NCBI GenBank assembly: GCA_965208105.1
Contig: OZ242318.1
Coordinates: 4,384,001 to 4,448,000, forward strand
Length of the DNA stretch: 64,000 nt
Origin: Candidatus Latescibacterota bacterium
GTDB lineage: Bacteria > Latescibacterota > UBA2968 > UBA8231
Direction of reading: 5' to 3'
The notes under the pieces were generated by a model. The model ran no database searches. It was given only the letters and a program-made list of their open reading frames with translations, and was not told the DNA's origin. Made by a program: the position numbers and the translations under genes. Below are positions 8,638-19,076 of the stretch, piece after piece (the first letter of the stretch is position 1; each line of letters opens with the position of its first letter).

Positions 8638-9462
8638 ATGATCATTGACGCCCACCTTCACGTCTGGAGCGATGACTACGAGCGCTACCCCTTTGCCGAA
8701 GGAGTAGACAGGAAGGAGAGCGCACCGGTGGAGTTGTTGAATGAGACGATGGATAAGGCAGGCGTGGACAAGGCCGTCATCGTCCAGCCGGCCTACTACC
8801 TTTACGACAACCGCTACGTGGCGGAGTGCCTGCGGCGCTTCCCCGGAAAATTCGCCGCCATCGGGTTGCTGGACCGCCATGCCCCGGACACGCCCGACCA
8901 GCTCCAGCGTCTAGTTGAGGAGGACGGCTTCGCCGGTCTCCGCATTCACCTCTCGCGACCGGACGATCCCGCAGAATGGGCTGCCCCTGACCAGGATCCG
9001 ACCTGGCAGCGGGCGGAGAAGCTCGGAGCCACCTTCATCGTCTACGGGCCGGCGCCGCTGCTGCCGGCCATCGAGCCCATCATCGCCCGGTTTCCAGGGG
9101 TCAAGGTGGTTTTAGACCACATGGGCCGCGCTCCCACGGACGAGGATCCGCCCTATCCGGTATTGAGCATCGTGCTGAACCTGGCGAAGTATGCCAATGT
9201 CTACGTCAAGTTCACGCCTCAGTTGCCCACATCGACACGGCCCTATCCGCACGAGGACACTTTCCCCACCTACCAGCGCATCTACGATGCCTTCGGTCCC
9301 GAACGCCTGATGTGGGGGACCGACTTCCCCCACGTGCTCAAAGCCCCGGGCTACGGCCCGGCGCTGGAGATGTTTCGGACCCACATGGACTTCCTTACTG
9401 AAGAGGACAAGGCGTGGCTGTTCAGCAAGACGGCTCTCTCGGTGTGGTCGTTTGCAGATTAG
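8638..9462 (+). CDS. Amidohydrolase_2 family protein (lactonase-like)
   Basis: IDAHLHVW, LDHMG, RLMWGTDFP. Confidence 0.9.
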   Translation: MIIDAHLHVWSDDYERYPFAEGVDRKESAPVELLNETMDKAGVDKAVIVQPAYYLYDNRYVAECLRRFPGKFAAIGLLDRHAPDTPDQLQRLVEEDGFAGLRIHLSRPDDPAEWAAPDQDPTWQRAEKLGATFIVYGPAPLLPAIEPIIARFPGVKVVLDHMGRAPTDEDPPYPVLSIVLNLAKYANVYVKFTPQLPTSTRPYPHEDTFPTYQRIYDAFGPERLMWGTDFPHVLKAPGYGPALEMFRTHMDFLTEEDKAWLFSKTALSVWSFAD

Positions 9463-9570
9463 GGCGCCATCCGCTGCCCACACGAGCTCGTTTCGATCCG
9501 TTCGCGGTGGGCTCTTGACCAGTCTACGAGGAGGCTCCACATCTACAATCAGGCCGTCGAAATCCCAGGA

Positions 9571-11541
9571 ATGGTAACGATCCAAGCGACGAAGGTTGCG
9601 GCGCCCCCGGCCTGGGCGCTTTTGGAGCGCAACCTGATCGAGCTGATGGAGCAATCCGCCCGCCAGTTCGTCAAAAAGTACACCGAACGTGGCGGTGCGA
9701 CCCTGCTCGCCGAGGATCTCGACGACCTCTACGAGCAGTTCTACAACTACGGTCTCTTGTATGCCATTGGCGGCGCCGACGACCTTTTGGACCTCCATCT
9801 GCAGCAGTGGAACGCCGCCACCCGCATCAGCGACGAGAGTATTCAACACCGTCCCAACTTGCACGAAGACTTTATCAGGGTCTACCAGCCCTCCATCCAC
9901 AACGAGTTCTGGAACTTGGATGCGGCCGCGGAATGGCACCATCTCGGGGAAGGGGGTACGGCGTTCTATCACATGGGTTTGGGCGATCCGACCATCTCCG
10001 AAAACGTGCGTCGAGCCAGACGATTCGCGGCCATGTTCATCGGCGAAGACCCCGAAGCCCCCAACTGGGACCCCGACCACCGGATCCTGCGCTCCCCCTT
10101 CCATTCCAGCCAGGGCCCCAAGCTGGAAGGGGACGCGACGCTCGCCAACGTGATGCTCCTGGGTGGACGTCGGCTGGGAGACCCGGGTAACTATTACGGG
10201 GTCAGGGCGAGCCTCTACCCTCACGTCAAGCACCTCGAAGCCCGCTGGTTCGAGAAACCCAAGCGCCGACAGCAGATCCTCGACCTGTTCAACAATGTGG
10301 TCCTGCAATGCGACACCCCCAGCAGTCTGGCCGCCACGGCGCTGGTGACCAACGCCTACCTGTACACCGGGGACGAGCGCTACAAGCAATGGGTTCTGAA
10401 CTACGTCGAGGCCTGGATGGAGCGCGCCGAGCAGAACGGCGGCATCGTCCCTGACAACGTGGATGCGAACGGCGTCATCGGCGGGGGGAGAGAGGGTGTC
10501 TGGTGGGGAGGACAGTACGGCTGGACCTCCTTTAAGGGCTGCAACATCATGTTCAACGGGATCAACATCGGCGTCGAGTGCGCTCAACTGCTCACCGGAG
10601 ACAGCAGCTACCTTGGTTTTCTGCGCTCGCAGCTCAAGATCCGACTCGATCAGGGATTCCGGCGCGAAGACGGTCAGTTCGTCGTACCCTATCGGTATGG
10701 TCCCGATGGCTGGGAGATGGGAGAGCCGATCGAACCTTACGAAGACGACGGCATTCCGATGGGAGAATGGTCTTACGCGCCTCCCAGCCCGATGAATGCA
10801 CAGGAGATGATGCACCTCTACCACGCTTCCATGTCCCGGGAAGACTACGAGTTGATCACTCATGTCCGTGATGGCGAGGTGGAGCGGGACTGGAACGAGG
10901 TCGGATCCGCCCTGGGCGAGAAGAACGCAGGGGAGACCGAGTTCGCCCGGTTCCAGTACTACGATGGCAAGAACCCGGATTGGCCCGAGAAGATCCTCGG
11001 CGCCGAGTATCGGCACGCCCTGGAGATCTACGAGCAGATTCGGCGCGACGAGCGCACGCCTCACGAGATGGTCCTGACCAACGAGTTCCCGTACCAGCCG
11101 GTGGTGACCAAGGGGCTGACCCAGGTCACGATGGGCGCGCCGCAGACGATCTACTGCGGCGGAATCCTGCGCGCCACGGTGCGCTACTTCGACCAGGATC
11201 GGGCTCGGCCCGGATTGCCAGGGGAGGTGGCCGCTCTCGTGAATAAGCTGGGCCCCGAGGTCGTGGGCCTCCAACTCGTCAACACCAGTCGCAGCCAGAC
11301 GCGCAATCTCATCGTGCAGGCGGGGGCCTTCGGCGAACACCGGTTCACGCAAATCAGGTACCACGAGGAGGGTCGCGATGGCGAGACCGTCGCGCCTGTG
11401 AATGCGAACTATTTCGCCGTTGGACTTCCGCCGTCCACGTGCATTCGTCTCGAAGTTGGTCTGAACCGCTTCGTCAACGCGCCGAGCTACGCCTTTCCAT
11501 GGCACGGAGACAAGATTCCCGTACCGTACCAGACCCTTTAG
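9571..11541 (+). CDS. Conserved hypothetical protein (probable alpha/alpha-barrel enzyme)
   Basis: 656-aa ORF with normal codon bias. Motifs DDLYEQF, EWHHLGEG, PDNVDANG..GG...WWGGQYGW, RATVRYFD, QAGAFGEHRF. Confidence 0.8.
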   Translation: MVTIQATKVAAPPAWALLERNLIELMEQSARQFVKKYTERGGATLLAEDLDDLYEQFYNYGLLYAIGGADDLLDLHLQQWNAATRISDESIQHRPNLHEDFIRVYQPSIHNEFWNLDAAAEWHHLGEGGTAFYHMGLGDPTISENVRRARRFAAMFIGEDPEAPNWDPDHRILRSPFHSSQGPKLEGDATLANVMLLGGRRLGDPGNYYGVRASLYPHVKHLEARWFEKPKRRQQILDLFNNVVLQCDTPSSLAATALVTNAYLYTGDERYKQWVLNYVEAWMERAEQNGGIVPDNVDANGVIGGGREGVWWGGQYGWTSFKGCNIMFNGINIGVECAQLLTGDSSYLGFLRSQLKIRLDQGFRREDGQFVVPYRYGPDGWEMGEPIEPYEDDGIPMGEWSYAPPSPMNAQEMMHLYHASMSREDYELITHVRDGEVERDWNEVGSALGEKNAGETEFARFQYYDGKNPDWPEKILGAEYRHALEIYEQIRRDERTPHEMVLTNEFPYQPVVTKGLTQVTMGAPQTIYCGGILRATVRYFDQDRARPGLPGEVAALVNKLGPEVVGLQLVNTSRSQTRNLIVQAGAFGEHRFTQIRYHEEGRDGETVAPVNANYFAVGLPPSTCIRLEVGLNRFVNAPSYAFPWHGDKIPVPYQTL

Positions 11542-12059
11542 AACCTAAGGCAACTCTATTTGTGATCCTGTGTGCGCGGTCTTACTCCGAGGTCCCAACT
11601 GATGGTTAGCGCTCCGAAAACCAAAGCTCGCAATGTGATGGGCGGTTCAGTATTTTCAGGATGGTTCACAGGTGGCTTTCACACTTGCTCAGGAAAGCGA
11701 AACGTCAACAATTTCAAACATTGTTCGAGGCCGCACCGGGTGCGGAGGCCATCGTGCGCGGCTCCAGCCTTTTGATCAGCGAGTGGAGGCTCTCCCAGTC
11801 GCCGCGGCGGCGATCGATGAATGTCTGGGAAACCGAATCAACGGCCTGATTTTCGAACATGCGGGCAACGGCTTTCCGCGCTCCGGAACGGGGGGCGGTA
11901 ACCACCTGGGGAGGACACCATTGGATCACCGAAGAGAACACGGTGCGGCACATCAATTCGGTGGGCATCGAGATCGGCGCCTTCACCGACGAACGCGTCG
12001 ACAGCGGGGTTGACGACGAGCTCGAGGCATCGACTGCGAATCAACCGGGGGTAAAACAG

Positions 12060-13661
12060 GTGGCAGACAGAGAAGCAGCGCGCTGGCGTAAACGCAGAAT
12101 CATCTACAACAACGACGGCGACGACGTGGTCGTGGCCAAGACAGAGAATAATCTCAAGGCGGGATTGATGGCGCGCGGTGAGGGCGAACTGATCGAGGAC
12201 TTCTTGAATGCGCGCAGTGTGCCGTTGCTCGGGACCGGAGTGGACAGCATCTGGTATTCCACCTGCATGTCGGGACTGACCTTCACGCACCAGACGAATC
12301 TGGGAGGATTCCACGACAAGGGGATTCCGAAGGAGCTGGTTGACCGTTACGGCCGCGACAACCTCCAAATCCAGATCGACTTCGGTCACGAACATGACAT
12401 GGAGGTATTCTGGTCGCTGCGCATGAACGACACCCATGATGCCTGGCCGGGAGGCTCCCATCACCTGGTGGATGGGTTGGCTCCGTTCAAGCAGACACAT
12501 CCCGAGTTTCTCTTGAAAGAACCGGACGCCGCAAAGGAGCATCCTGGGGCGGGAGAGAGGAGCTGGTCGGCTGTCGATTTCAGTCATCACGAGGTTAGGG
12601 AGCACATATTCTCGCTCATTCAGGAGGTGTGCCAGGGGTACGACGTGGACGGGGTCGAGCTCGACTTTCTTCGAAGCTTTCCGTACTTCCCTGAAACGCG
12701 CGACTGGTGTGTGGTAGGGGAGCAGAACCTGGAGGCAATGACAGATCTGGTGCGCCGAGTCTGGCAGATGGCCCGGAAGGTGAGCCAGACACGAGGACGT
12801 CCACTGTTGGTGGCCGCACGCACGCCCTTCAGTGTTGCCGACGCTCGGTTCATTGGACTCGACCTGGAGAGGTGGCTCGGGGAGGGCTTGATCGACCTAT
12901 GGGTACCTGGCGGTCTCCAGGAGTCGATCATGACCGAATCGTTCGAGGAGATCGTAGAACTGGGGCACATACATGGAGTGCCGGTCTATCCCTGTATCGG
13001 ATGGGGGTTCTGGCAGCACTGGGCCTTTCTCGACGACGGAGCGAAAGAGTACCGGAGGCGCGAAGCGTGGATCGAAGCCCTTCGCAGTGAGAAGACGCCG
13101 TACTTCGTGGCGCTCAATTCGTGGGACGGGACAATGCCGTCATGGCGTGGTGCAGCAACGAATCTGTGGAACGCGAATCCGGATGGAATCTATGTCTTCA
13201 ACGGTTTCCACCGGGCCAGCATCCAGGCCTATGGAGAGATCGGCGACCTGGAAACGCTGGCAGATAAAGAGAAGATATTCGGCGTCGACCGGTTCGCCGG
13301 CGACTCCAGCTTCAAAGACCTGCGCGAGCTGGAACTGACGCCCGGAAATCCGGTCAGCGCCCGCTTTCAGATAGGGGAGGATTTGACAACTGGCAATTCT
13401 CATAAGCTGAGATTCCGCGTGCACCTCTGGGATGCCGGGAAAGGCGATCAGATAGAGGTAAAACTCAACGGCGAATCGCTCGATCTCAAGCCAGCCGGTG
13501 CTGTCCAGGCGGGGACGCGATGGCTGCAATGCTGGCTGGATCCGGATCGGGTGAAGAGGGGAGCAAACGACGTTGAGTTGCTGGCGAGCAGACGAGACGA
13601 ATCGATACAGACGCCTATCGTCTGGGATTCCGCCCAACTACACGTCAGCTCTACCCGCTAG
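12060..13661 (+). CDS. Putative glycoside hydrolase (GHL10-like TIM barrel)
   Basis: RRIIYNNDGDD, SLRMNDTHD, YDVDGVELDFLR, DGIYVFN. The start is placed at GTG 12060; upstream in-frame sequence looks like foreign fragments. Confidence 0.8.
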   Translation: MADREAARWRKRRIIYNNDGDDVVVAKTENNLKAGLMARGEGELIEDFLNARSVPLLGTGVDSIWYSTCMSGLTFTHQTNLGGFHDKGIPKELVDRYGRDNLQIQIDFGHEHDMEVFWSLRMNDTHDAWPGGSHHLVDGLAPFKQTHPEFLLKEPDAAKEHPGAGERSWSAVDFSHHEVREHIFSLIQEVCQGYDVDGVELDFLRSFPYFPETRDWCVVGEQNLEAMTDLVRRVWQMARKVSQTRGRPLLVAARTPFSVADARFIGLDLERWLGEGLIDLWVPGGLQESIMTESFEEIVELGHIHGVPVYPCIGWGFWQHWAFLDDGAKEYRRREAWIEALRSEKTPYFVALNSWDGTMPSWRGAATNLWNANPDGIYVFNGFHRASIQAYGEIGDLETLADKEKIFGVDRFAGDSSFKDLRELELTPGNPVSARFQIGEDLTTGNSHKLRFRVHLWDAGKGDQIEVKLNGESLDLKPAGAVQAGTRWLQCWLDPDRVKRGANDVELLASRRDESIQTPIVWDSAQLHVSSTR

Positions 13662-13791
13662 CGTCAGGATATAGGACGGCGACCTGGCCGCACGTGCAAC
13701 CGGGCTCCCAACGTCAAATACTTCGGGTTCATCGAGGCGCTGGAATAGATGGTCCGCGTTGCCACAGGGAAGCTCTCCCTGCACGCAGCTT

Positions 13792-15027
13792 CTATGTCTG
13801 CAGCCGGACATCCAGCACGGCACGCTTGATGCGCTGGGTGCGCAGGCCGTGCGTGCCCATCTCCCGCGTGAAGTCGGAGTGCGAATAAATCACATGCAAT
13901 TTGCCGTCCCGCTGCATGGTGGATGTGTAAGAGCATCCTGGACCGGTGTGGAAGGCAAAGGGACACTCCCAGCGCCGGCCCGTCCCGTCCAGGCTCAGCA
14001 TGGCGTGGGTGATCTGGGGATGTCCATAGGCACCGCGGCCCGCCGCGCAGGCCAGAAGGCCGTTGGGCAGGACCTGCAGCCGCGGCTTCACACCCTGCCA
14101 GCCGGTGCTGGCGGGCGTGGACCAGGTGCGGCCACCGTCGTTGGACCGGGACTGAAACATGGGGGAGTAGCTGCCGGTGCGCATGACGCACAGGATGTCG
14201 CCGTCGGGTAAGATGGCCAGGTCGGCCTCGACGAAGCCCTCGTCCACCGCCCGGTCGTCGGCGCCATAGACCGGCCCGATCTCTCGCGGGTCGAAGACGG
14301 TCTCGACGTACCAGGTGCGCCCGCGGTCGCGCGAACGCACGATGATTACGCAGAATTCAACCTTGTAGCGCCGCCGGCCGGCCGCGTCGGTCTCCGCCAG
14401 CCACTGTACAGGCCCCGGTTGCGCTTCGAGGGCCGCAATGAAGTCGCCGTTGGCCAGTTCCAGGATCGACGCGTAACACTGGTAGGAAGCGATCTCCCAT
14501 GGCAGGCCTTCAACCGCGAAGGTGAAGGCCTCTGTCTGCTCGCCGCTGCGTTCCCAGTGCCACCAGTAGAAGCGCGGCTCGGCCTCCTGGTTGCGGACGT
14601 GGAAGGGGTCGCTGGGGCGCTCCAAGCCGCGCTCCCGCTCCGCAGTGGCCACGGTGTTGTGGTCGATGCGGACGACGGTGCCGTCGCGCAGGTAGCCCAG
14701 CGAGCTGGAGCTGAAGTCCATGTCGATCAGACCGGTGAGCAGGGGGGAATCGGGCGGGACGCAGATCCATGTCTCGCCGGCGTCTTCCGATGACCAGAAG
14801 CCCAGCGGCTCACCGTCTGGATCGCCGTGGCGGGCGCGATGGGCGCTTAAGAACAGCCGGTCACCATTCAATTCGACCAGTCCGGGGAAGTTGAGGATGG
14901 TATCCTCCGCTTCGACCCAGGTGTCGATCCGTTCGATTGCGATGGTGGCGCGGCGCCCACAGTCGACGTAGGTGGCCTCCTCGATCATCTGGAACACCTC
15001 CCAGGCGTCAGCCCCTTCCATCTCCAA
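13792..15027 (-). CDS. Sialidase/BNR-repeat beta-propeller protein
   Basis: Asp-boxes SEDAGETW, SRDRGRTW, SNDGGRTW, SLDGTGRRW. The exact start is uncertain. Confidence 0.85.
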   Translation of the reverse strand: MEMEGADAWEVFQMIEEATYVDCGRRATIAIERIDTWVEAEDTILNFPGLVELNGDRLFLSAHRARHGDPDGEPLGFWSSEDAGETWICVPPDSPLLTGLIDMDFSSSSLGYLRDGTVVRIDHNTVATAERERGLERPSDPFHVRNQEAEPRFYWWHWERSGEQTEAFTFAVEGLPWEIASYQCYASILELANGDFIAALEAQPGPVQWLAETDAAGRRRYKVEFCVIIVRSRDRGRTWYVETVFDPREIGPVYGADDRAVDEGFVEADLAILPDGDILCVMRTGSYSPMFQSRSNDGGRTWSTPASTGWQGVKPRLQVLPNGLLACAAGRGAYGHPQITHAMLSLDGTGRRWECPFAFHTGPGCSYTSTMQRDGKLHVIYSHSDFTREMGTHGLRTQRIKRAVLDVRLQT

Positions 15028-15117
15028 ACTCTACTGAAGGTCCATCCCTCTGGCAAAATATACCATGCATCCTGCACACTTCGGACTATCGAAAATATCC
15101 CGGTTTTCAGGGGACTG

Positions 15118-16038
15118 CTAGAGCAGCCCGGCGTAGATCCGGATCACCTTGTCGAGCAGTTCGAGGGCCGAGCTGCGCTGGCGCTGGAAGGCATTGCGGC
15201 CGATGATGGAGCCGAAGCCGCCCCCGTCGCGGATGCCGCGGATCTCCTCGTAGATCTCCGCTTCGCCCCTGGCGGCGCCTCCTGAAAAGATCACCACGCG
15301 GCGGCCGTCGAAGGCCGACTGCACCACGTGGCCGACGCGGTCGGCCAGGGAATCCAGGGGGACCCGGCTGGCTTCGTAGGCCTTGCGGCTCTCTTCCTGC
15401 TCGACGTGGGCTCCGGGGGGCTTCACCTTGATGAGGTGGGCTCCTGCCTGGGCGGCGATCTGGGCGGCGTAGGCCGACACGTCCACCGCGGTCTCGCCTT
15501 CCTTGCTGATGTCCGAGCCCCGCGGGTATGACCACACGACCACCACCAGGCCGCAGCCCTTGGCTTCTTCGGCCAGTGCCTGCAGGGTTTCGTACATTTC
15601 GGTGCGCAGGGATGACCCGGGGTAGACGGTGAAGCCGATGCCGGCACAGCCCAGGCGCAGGGCCGCTTCAATGGAGCCCGTCAGGGCCTGGGTGGGATCT
15701 TTCTCGGCCCTCAGGTTCTCGCGGTTGTTCACCTTGAGGATCAGGGGCAACTCGCCGGCGTAGTCGCGGGCGCCTGCTTCGAGGAAGCCCAGGGGAGCGG
15801 CGTAGGCGCTGAGGCCGGCCTCGATGGCCAGCTCGAAGTGGTAGTGCGGGTGGTAGGCCGGCGGATTGGGTGCGAAGCTGCGCCCCGGACCATGCTCGAC
15901 CCCCTGGTCGACGGGAAGAATAACCAACTTTCCGGTGCCGCCCAGCTTGCCGTGATTGAGTATGCGCGCCAGGTTTGCAAGAGTGCCGGGATTGTCGCTG
16001 CCGTACCAACTCAGAATCTCGCGTATGCGCTTTTTCAT
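15118..16038 (-). CDS. fbaB: Class I fructose-bisphosphate aldolase (DhnA/FbaB type)
   Basis: ILPVDQGVEHGP, WSYPRG, IKVK Schiff-base Lys, GSIIGRNAFQR. Confidence 0.93.
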   Translation of the reverse strand: MKKRIREILSWYGSDNPGTLANLARILNHGKLGGTGKLVILPVDQGVEHGPGRSFAPNPPAYHPHYHFELAIEAGLSAYAAPLGFLEAGARDYAGELPLILKVNNRENLRAEKDPTQALTGSIEAALRLGCAGIGFTVYPGSSLRTEMYETLQALAEEAKGCGLVVVVWSYPRGSDISKEGETAVDVSAYAAQIAAQAGAHLIKVKPPGAHVEQEESRKAYEASRVPLDSLADRVGHVVQSAFDGRRVVIFSGGAARGEAEIYEEIRGIRDGGGFGSIIGRNAFQRQRSSALELLDKVIRIYAGLL

Positions 16039-16238
16039 GGAATCGCCTTCCTGTTGTCCATGCCTTCGTTTCTGAAAAAATGATCCAATCCGCCGCTTGG
16101 AGCAAGGACCTCCCATGGGTGCGGGAAGGCCTGGGAGGTGGAAGACCTTCGGACTCCGGGCCCTGACGGGATGGGAACTTTGGTCCGATATTGGAGTATT
16201 GAAAAGTAACGCCAACCTGAACCGGAGAGGGGTAACCA

Positions 16239-17498
16239 ATGGCTGCCACGGAAAAGGAAGTTAACCCGCTGGAGATGGCCCAGCAGCAGTTGGACGATGT
16301 CGCCGACCGCATCAACCTAAACGAGGGTGTGCGCCGCCGCCTGCGCCAGCCCCAGCGCGCCCTCACCGTCTCCATTCCCACCGAAATGGACGACGGCACC
16401 CTCCAGATATTCACCGGTTTCCGGGTGCAGCACAGCCTGCTGCGCGGTCCGACGAAGGGGGGAATCCGCTACCACCCGGAGGTCACCCTGGACGAGGTGA
16501 CGGCCCTGGCCATGTGGATGACCTGGAAGTGCGCCCTGGTGAATATTCCCTACGGCGGCGCCAAGGGAGGGGTGGTCTGCAATCCCAAGGAGATGAGCAT
16601 CAAGGAAGTCGAGCGCCTGACCCGTCGCTTTACGGTGGAATTGATGATCTTCCTGGGCCCCGACAAGGACATTCCGGCTCCCGACGTCAACACCAACGCC
16701 CAGATCATGGCCTGGATGCTGGACACCTACAGCATGAACGTGGGCCACTCGGTTCCCAGCGTGGTAACGGGCAAACCCCTGGTGGTCGGCGGTTCGCGCG
16801 GCCGCGAGGAAGCCACGAGCCGGGGCTGCGTCTGCACCGTGATGGAGGCCCTCAAGCACCTGGGGATGTCCGTCGAGGGAGTGCGGGTTGCGGTGCAGGG
16901 TTTCGGCAACGTGGGACGCACCGCGGCGCGGCTGCTTCAGGATGCGGGGGCCACGGTCGTGGCGGTCAGCGACTCCCGGGGAGGAATCCACCGGGACCGG
17001 GGCCTGGACATCAGGGGAGTTCAGGAGCACAAGCGCGAAGCGGGACAGGTGGGGGGATTCCCCGGGGCCGACCCGGTGAGCAACGAGGAGTTGCTGGAGC
17101 TGGGCTGCGACGTTCTGATTCCGGCGGCTCTCGGCAACCAGATCACCGAGGCCAACGCCGGCCGCATCAGGGCGAGGATCGTCGCCGAAGGTGCCAATGG
17201 GCCAACCACCCCCGGCGCCGACCGCATCCTTGGAGAGCGCGATATCTTTCTCCTTCCCGACATCCTGGCGAATGCGGGGGGCGTGACTGTCTCCTACTTC
17301 GAGTGGGTACAGGGCCTCATGCAGTTTTTCTGGAGCGAGGAGGAGGTCAACGAGCAGCTCTACCGGATCATGGGCCAGGCATTCCGGGACGTCCTCCAGG
17401 TGGCGCAGGCGGAGAACCTGTACATGCGCACCGCGGCTCAGATTCTGGCGGTGAAGCGGGTGGCGCAGGCGGAGGAGGTGAGGGGCAAGTATCCGTAG
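16239..17498 (+). CDS. gdhA: Glu/Leu/Phe/Val dehydrogenase (glutamate dehydrogenase)
   Basis: KGGIRYHP, MTWKCA, GGAKGG, DIPAPDVNT, QGFGNVG, NAGGVTVSYFEW. Confidence 0.95.
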   Translation: MAATEKEVNPLEMAQQQLDDVADRINLNEGVRRRLRQPQRALTVSIPTEMDDGTLQIFTGFRVQHSLLRGPTKGGIRYHPEVTLDEVTALAMWMTWKCALVNIPYGGAKGGVVCNPKEMSIKEVERLTRRFTVELMIFLGPDKDIPAPDVNTNAQIMAWMLDTYSMNVGHSVPSVVTGKPLVVGGSRGREEATSRGCVCTVMEALKHLGMSVEGVRVAVQGFGNVGRTAARLLQDAGATVVAVSDSRGGIHRDRGLDIRGVQEHKREAGQVGGFPGADPVSNEELLELGCDVLIPAALGNQITEANAGRIRARIVAEGANGPTTPGADRILGERDIFLLPDILANAGGVTVSYFEWVQGLMQFFWSEEEVNEQLYRIMGQAFRDVLQVAQAENLYMRTAAQILAVKRVAQAEEVRGKYP

Positions 17499-17629
17499 GG
17501 AGAGGCCTGGAACCCGCACCGGTAAGGCGGTCCGGGCCCCGGCTCCGCTGCGTCCTCCGGCTTTACTCAATCGGTGGATTGCTCCATATTTATACTGTCC
17601 ATGCCAACCGTCCCTCCGTCGAGCCCCAT

Positions 17630-18790
17630 ATGATCATCGGCGTTCCCAAAGAGTCTTATCCCGGCGAAAAACGCGTGGCCCTGGTCCCCGACACGCTGCC
17701 GTCCCTGATCTCGAAGGGGGCCTCCGTGCTGGTGGAGCGGGATGCGGGAAAGATGGCCGGTTTCCCCGACGATTCCTACCGGGAAAAGGGGGCTAAAATC
17801 GCCATCTCCCGCGCCGACGTTTTCGCCCGGTCCAATGCGGTCATCCAGGTGCGCAGCCTGGGAGCCAACCCGGAGAGAGGGGAGACCGACCTCGAGATGA
17901 TGCGCCCGGGCATGATCGTCGTCGGCCACTGCGATCCCCTGCGGGCCCTGGAACAGGTGAGTGAGCAGGCCCGGCGCGGCGTGACCCTTTTCGCCCTGGA
18001 GCTCATGCCCCGCATTCCGCGCGCGCAGAGCATGGACGTGCTCTCCTCCATGGCCACCATCGCCGGGTACAAGGCCGTGCTCATTGCCGCCGGCGAGCTG
18101 CCCAAGATGTTCCCTCTGCTCATGACCGCGGCGGGTACGGCGGCACCGGCGCGCCTGTTGGTCATCGGGGCCGGCGTCGCCGGACTGCAGGCCATTGCCA
18201 CCGCCCGCCGGCTCGGCGCGGTGGTGGAGGCCTACGACGTGCGGCCGGTTGCCCGGGAACAGGTGGAGAGTCTCGGCGCCAGGTTCGTGGAGCTGGGGAT
18301 GGAGAGCGAGGAAAGCGAGGACGCCGGAGGCTACGCGGTTGAGAAGGACGACAACTTCTACCGCCGCCAGCAGCAGGCCCTGGGCAAGGTGGTGGGGGAC
18401 AGCGACGTGGTGATCACCACCGCCGCCGTGCCCGGCGGCAGGGCTCCGGTGCTGGTGGGCAAAGAGATGATTGCGGGCATGGCGCCGGGTTCGGTGGTGG
18501 TGGACCTGGCAGCCGAATACGGCGGCAACTGCGAGCTCACCCGGCCGGGCGAAACCGTGGTGGAGTCCGGTGTGCGGATCCTCGGAGCCGTCAACCTGCC
18601 TGCCACCGTGCCCCACCACGCCAGCCAGATGTACGCCCACAATATGTCCACCTTCCTGGGGCACCTGCTCGAAGACGGCCGCCTGCGCATCGACATGGAG
18701 GACGAGATAACCGCCGGAACTCTGGTTGCCCGGGAAGGCAGGATCGTCCACCCGCAGGTGCGCGAGCGCATCGAATCAACGGAGGCGTGA
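17630..18790 (+). CDS. pntAA: NAD(P) transhydrogenase alpha subunit part 1
   Basis: MIIGVPKESYPGEKRVALVP, RAQSMDVLSS, GAGVAGLQAIATARRLGA. Confidence 0.95.
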   Translation: MIIGVPKESYPGEKRVALVPDTLPSLISKGASVLVERDAGKMAGFPDDSYREKGAKIAISRADVFARSNAVIQVRSLGANPERGETDLEMMRPGMIVVGHCDPLRALEQVSEQARRGVTLFALELMPRIPRAQSMDVLSSMATIAGYKAVLIAAGELPKMFPLLMTAAGTAAPARLLVIGAGVAGLQAIATARRLGAVVEAYDVRPVAREQVESLGARFVELGMESEESEDAGGYAVEKDDNFYRRQQQALGKVVGDSDVVITTAAVPGGRAPVLVGKEMIAGMAPGSVVVDLAAEYGGNCELTRPGETVVESGVRILGAVNLPATVPHHASQMYAHNMSTFLGHLLEDGRLRIDMEDEITAGTLVAREGRIVHPQVRERIESTEA

Positions 18791-19071
18791 TGGAAACACT
18801 TGTCGCCGGACTGACCATTTTCTTCCTCGCCGTGTTCGTGGGGTTCGAGATCATCACCAAAATCCCGCCCACGCTGCACACTCCCCTCATGTCGGGGTCC
18901 AACGCCATCTCGGGGGTCACCCTGATCGGCGCCCTGCTGGCGGCCGGGTCCCAGAACACCGAGCTCACTACCTGGCTGGGCATCGCCGCGGTGGTTCTGG
19001 CCACCATCAACGTAGTCGGTGGATTTCTGGTTACCCACCGCATGCTGGGGATGTTCAAGAGGCGGAACTGA
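18790..19071 (+). CDS. pntAB: NAD(P) transhydrogenase alpha subunit part 2
   Basis: LHTPLMSGSNAISG, INVVGGFLVTHRMLGMF. TGATG overlap with pntAA. Confidence 0.95.
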   Translation: METLVAGLTIFFLAVFVGFEIITKIPPTLHTPLMSGSNAISGVTLIGALLAAGSQNTELTTWLGIAAVVLATINVVGGFLVTHRMLGMFKRRN

Positions 19072-19076
19072 GACCT

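Noticed and set aside
16514-17629. Long N-terminal extension on PntAA (758-aa track ORF)
   Set aside because: It is an alternative frame overlapping gdhA. PntA homology begins at ATG 17630.
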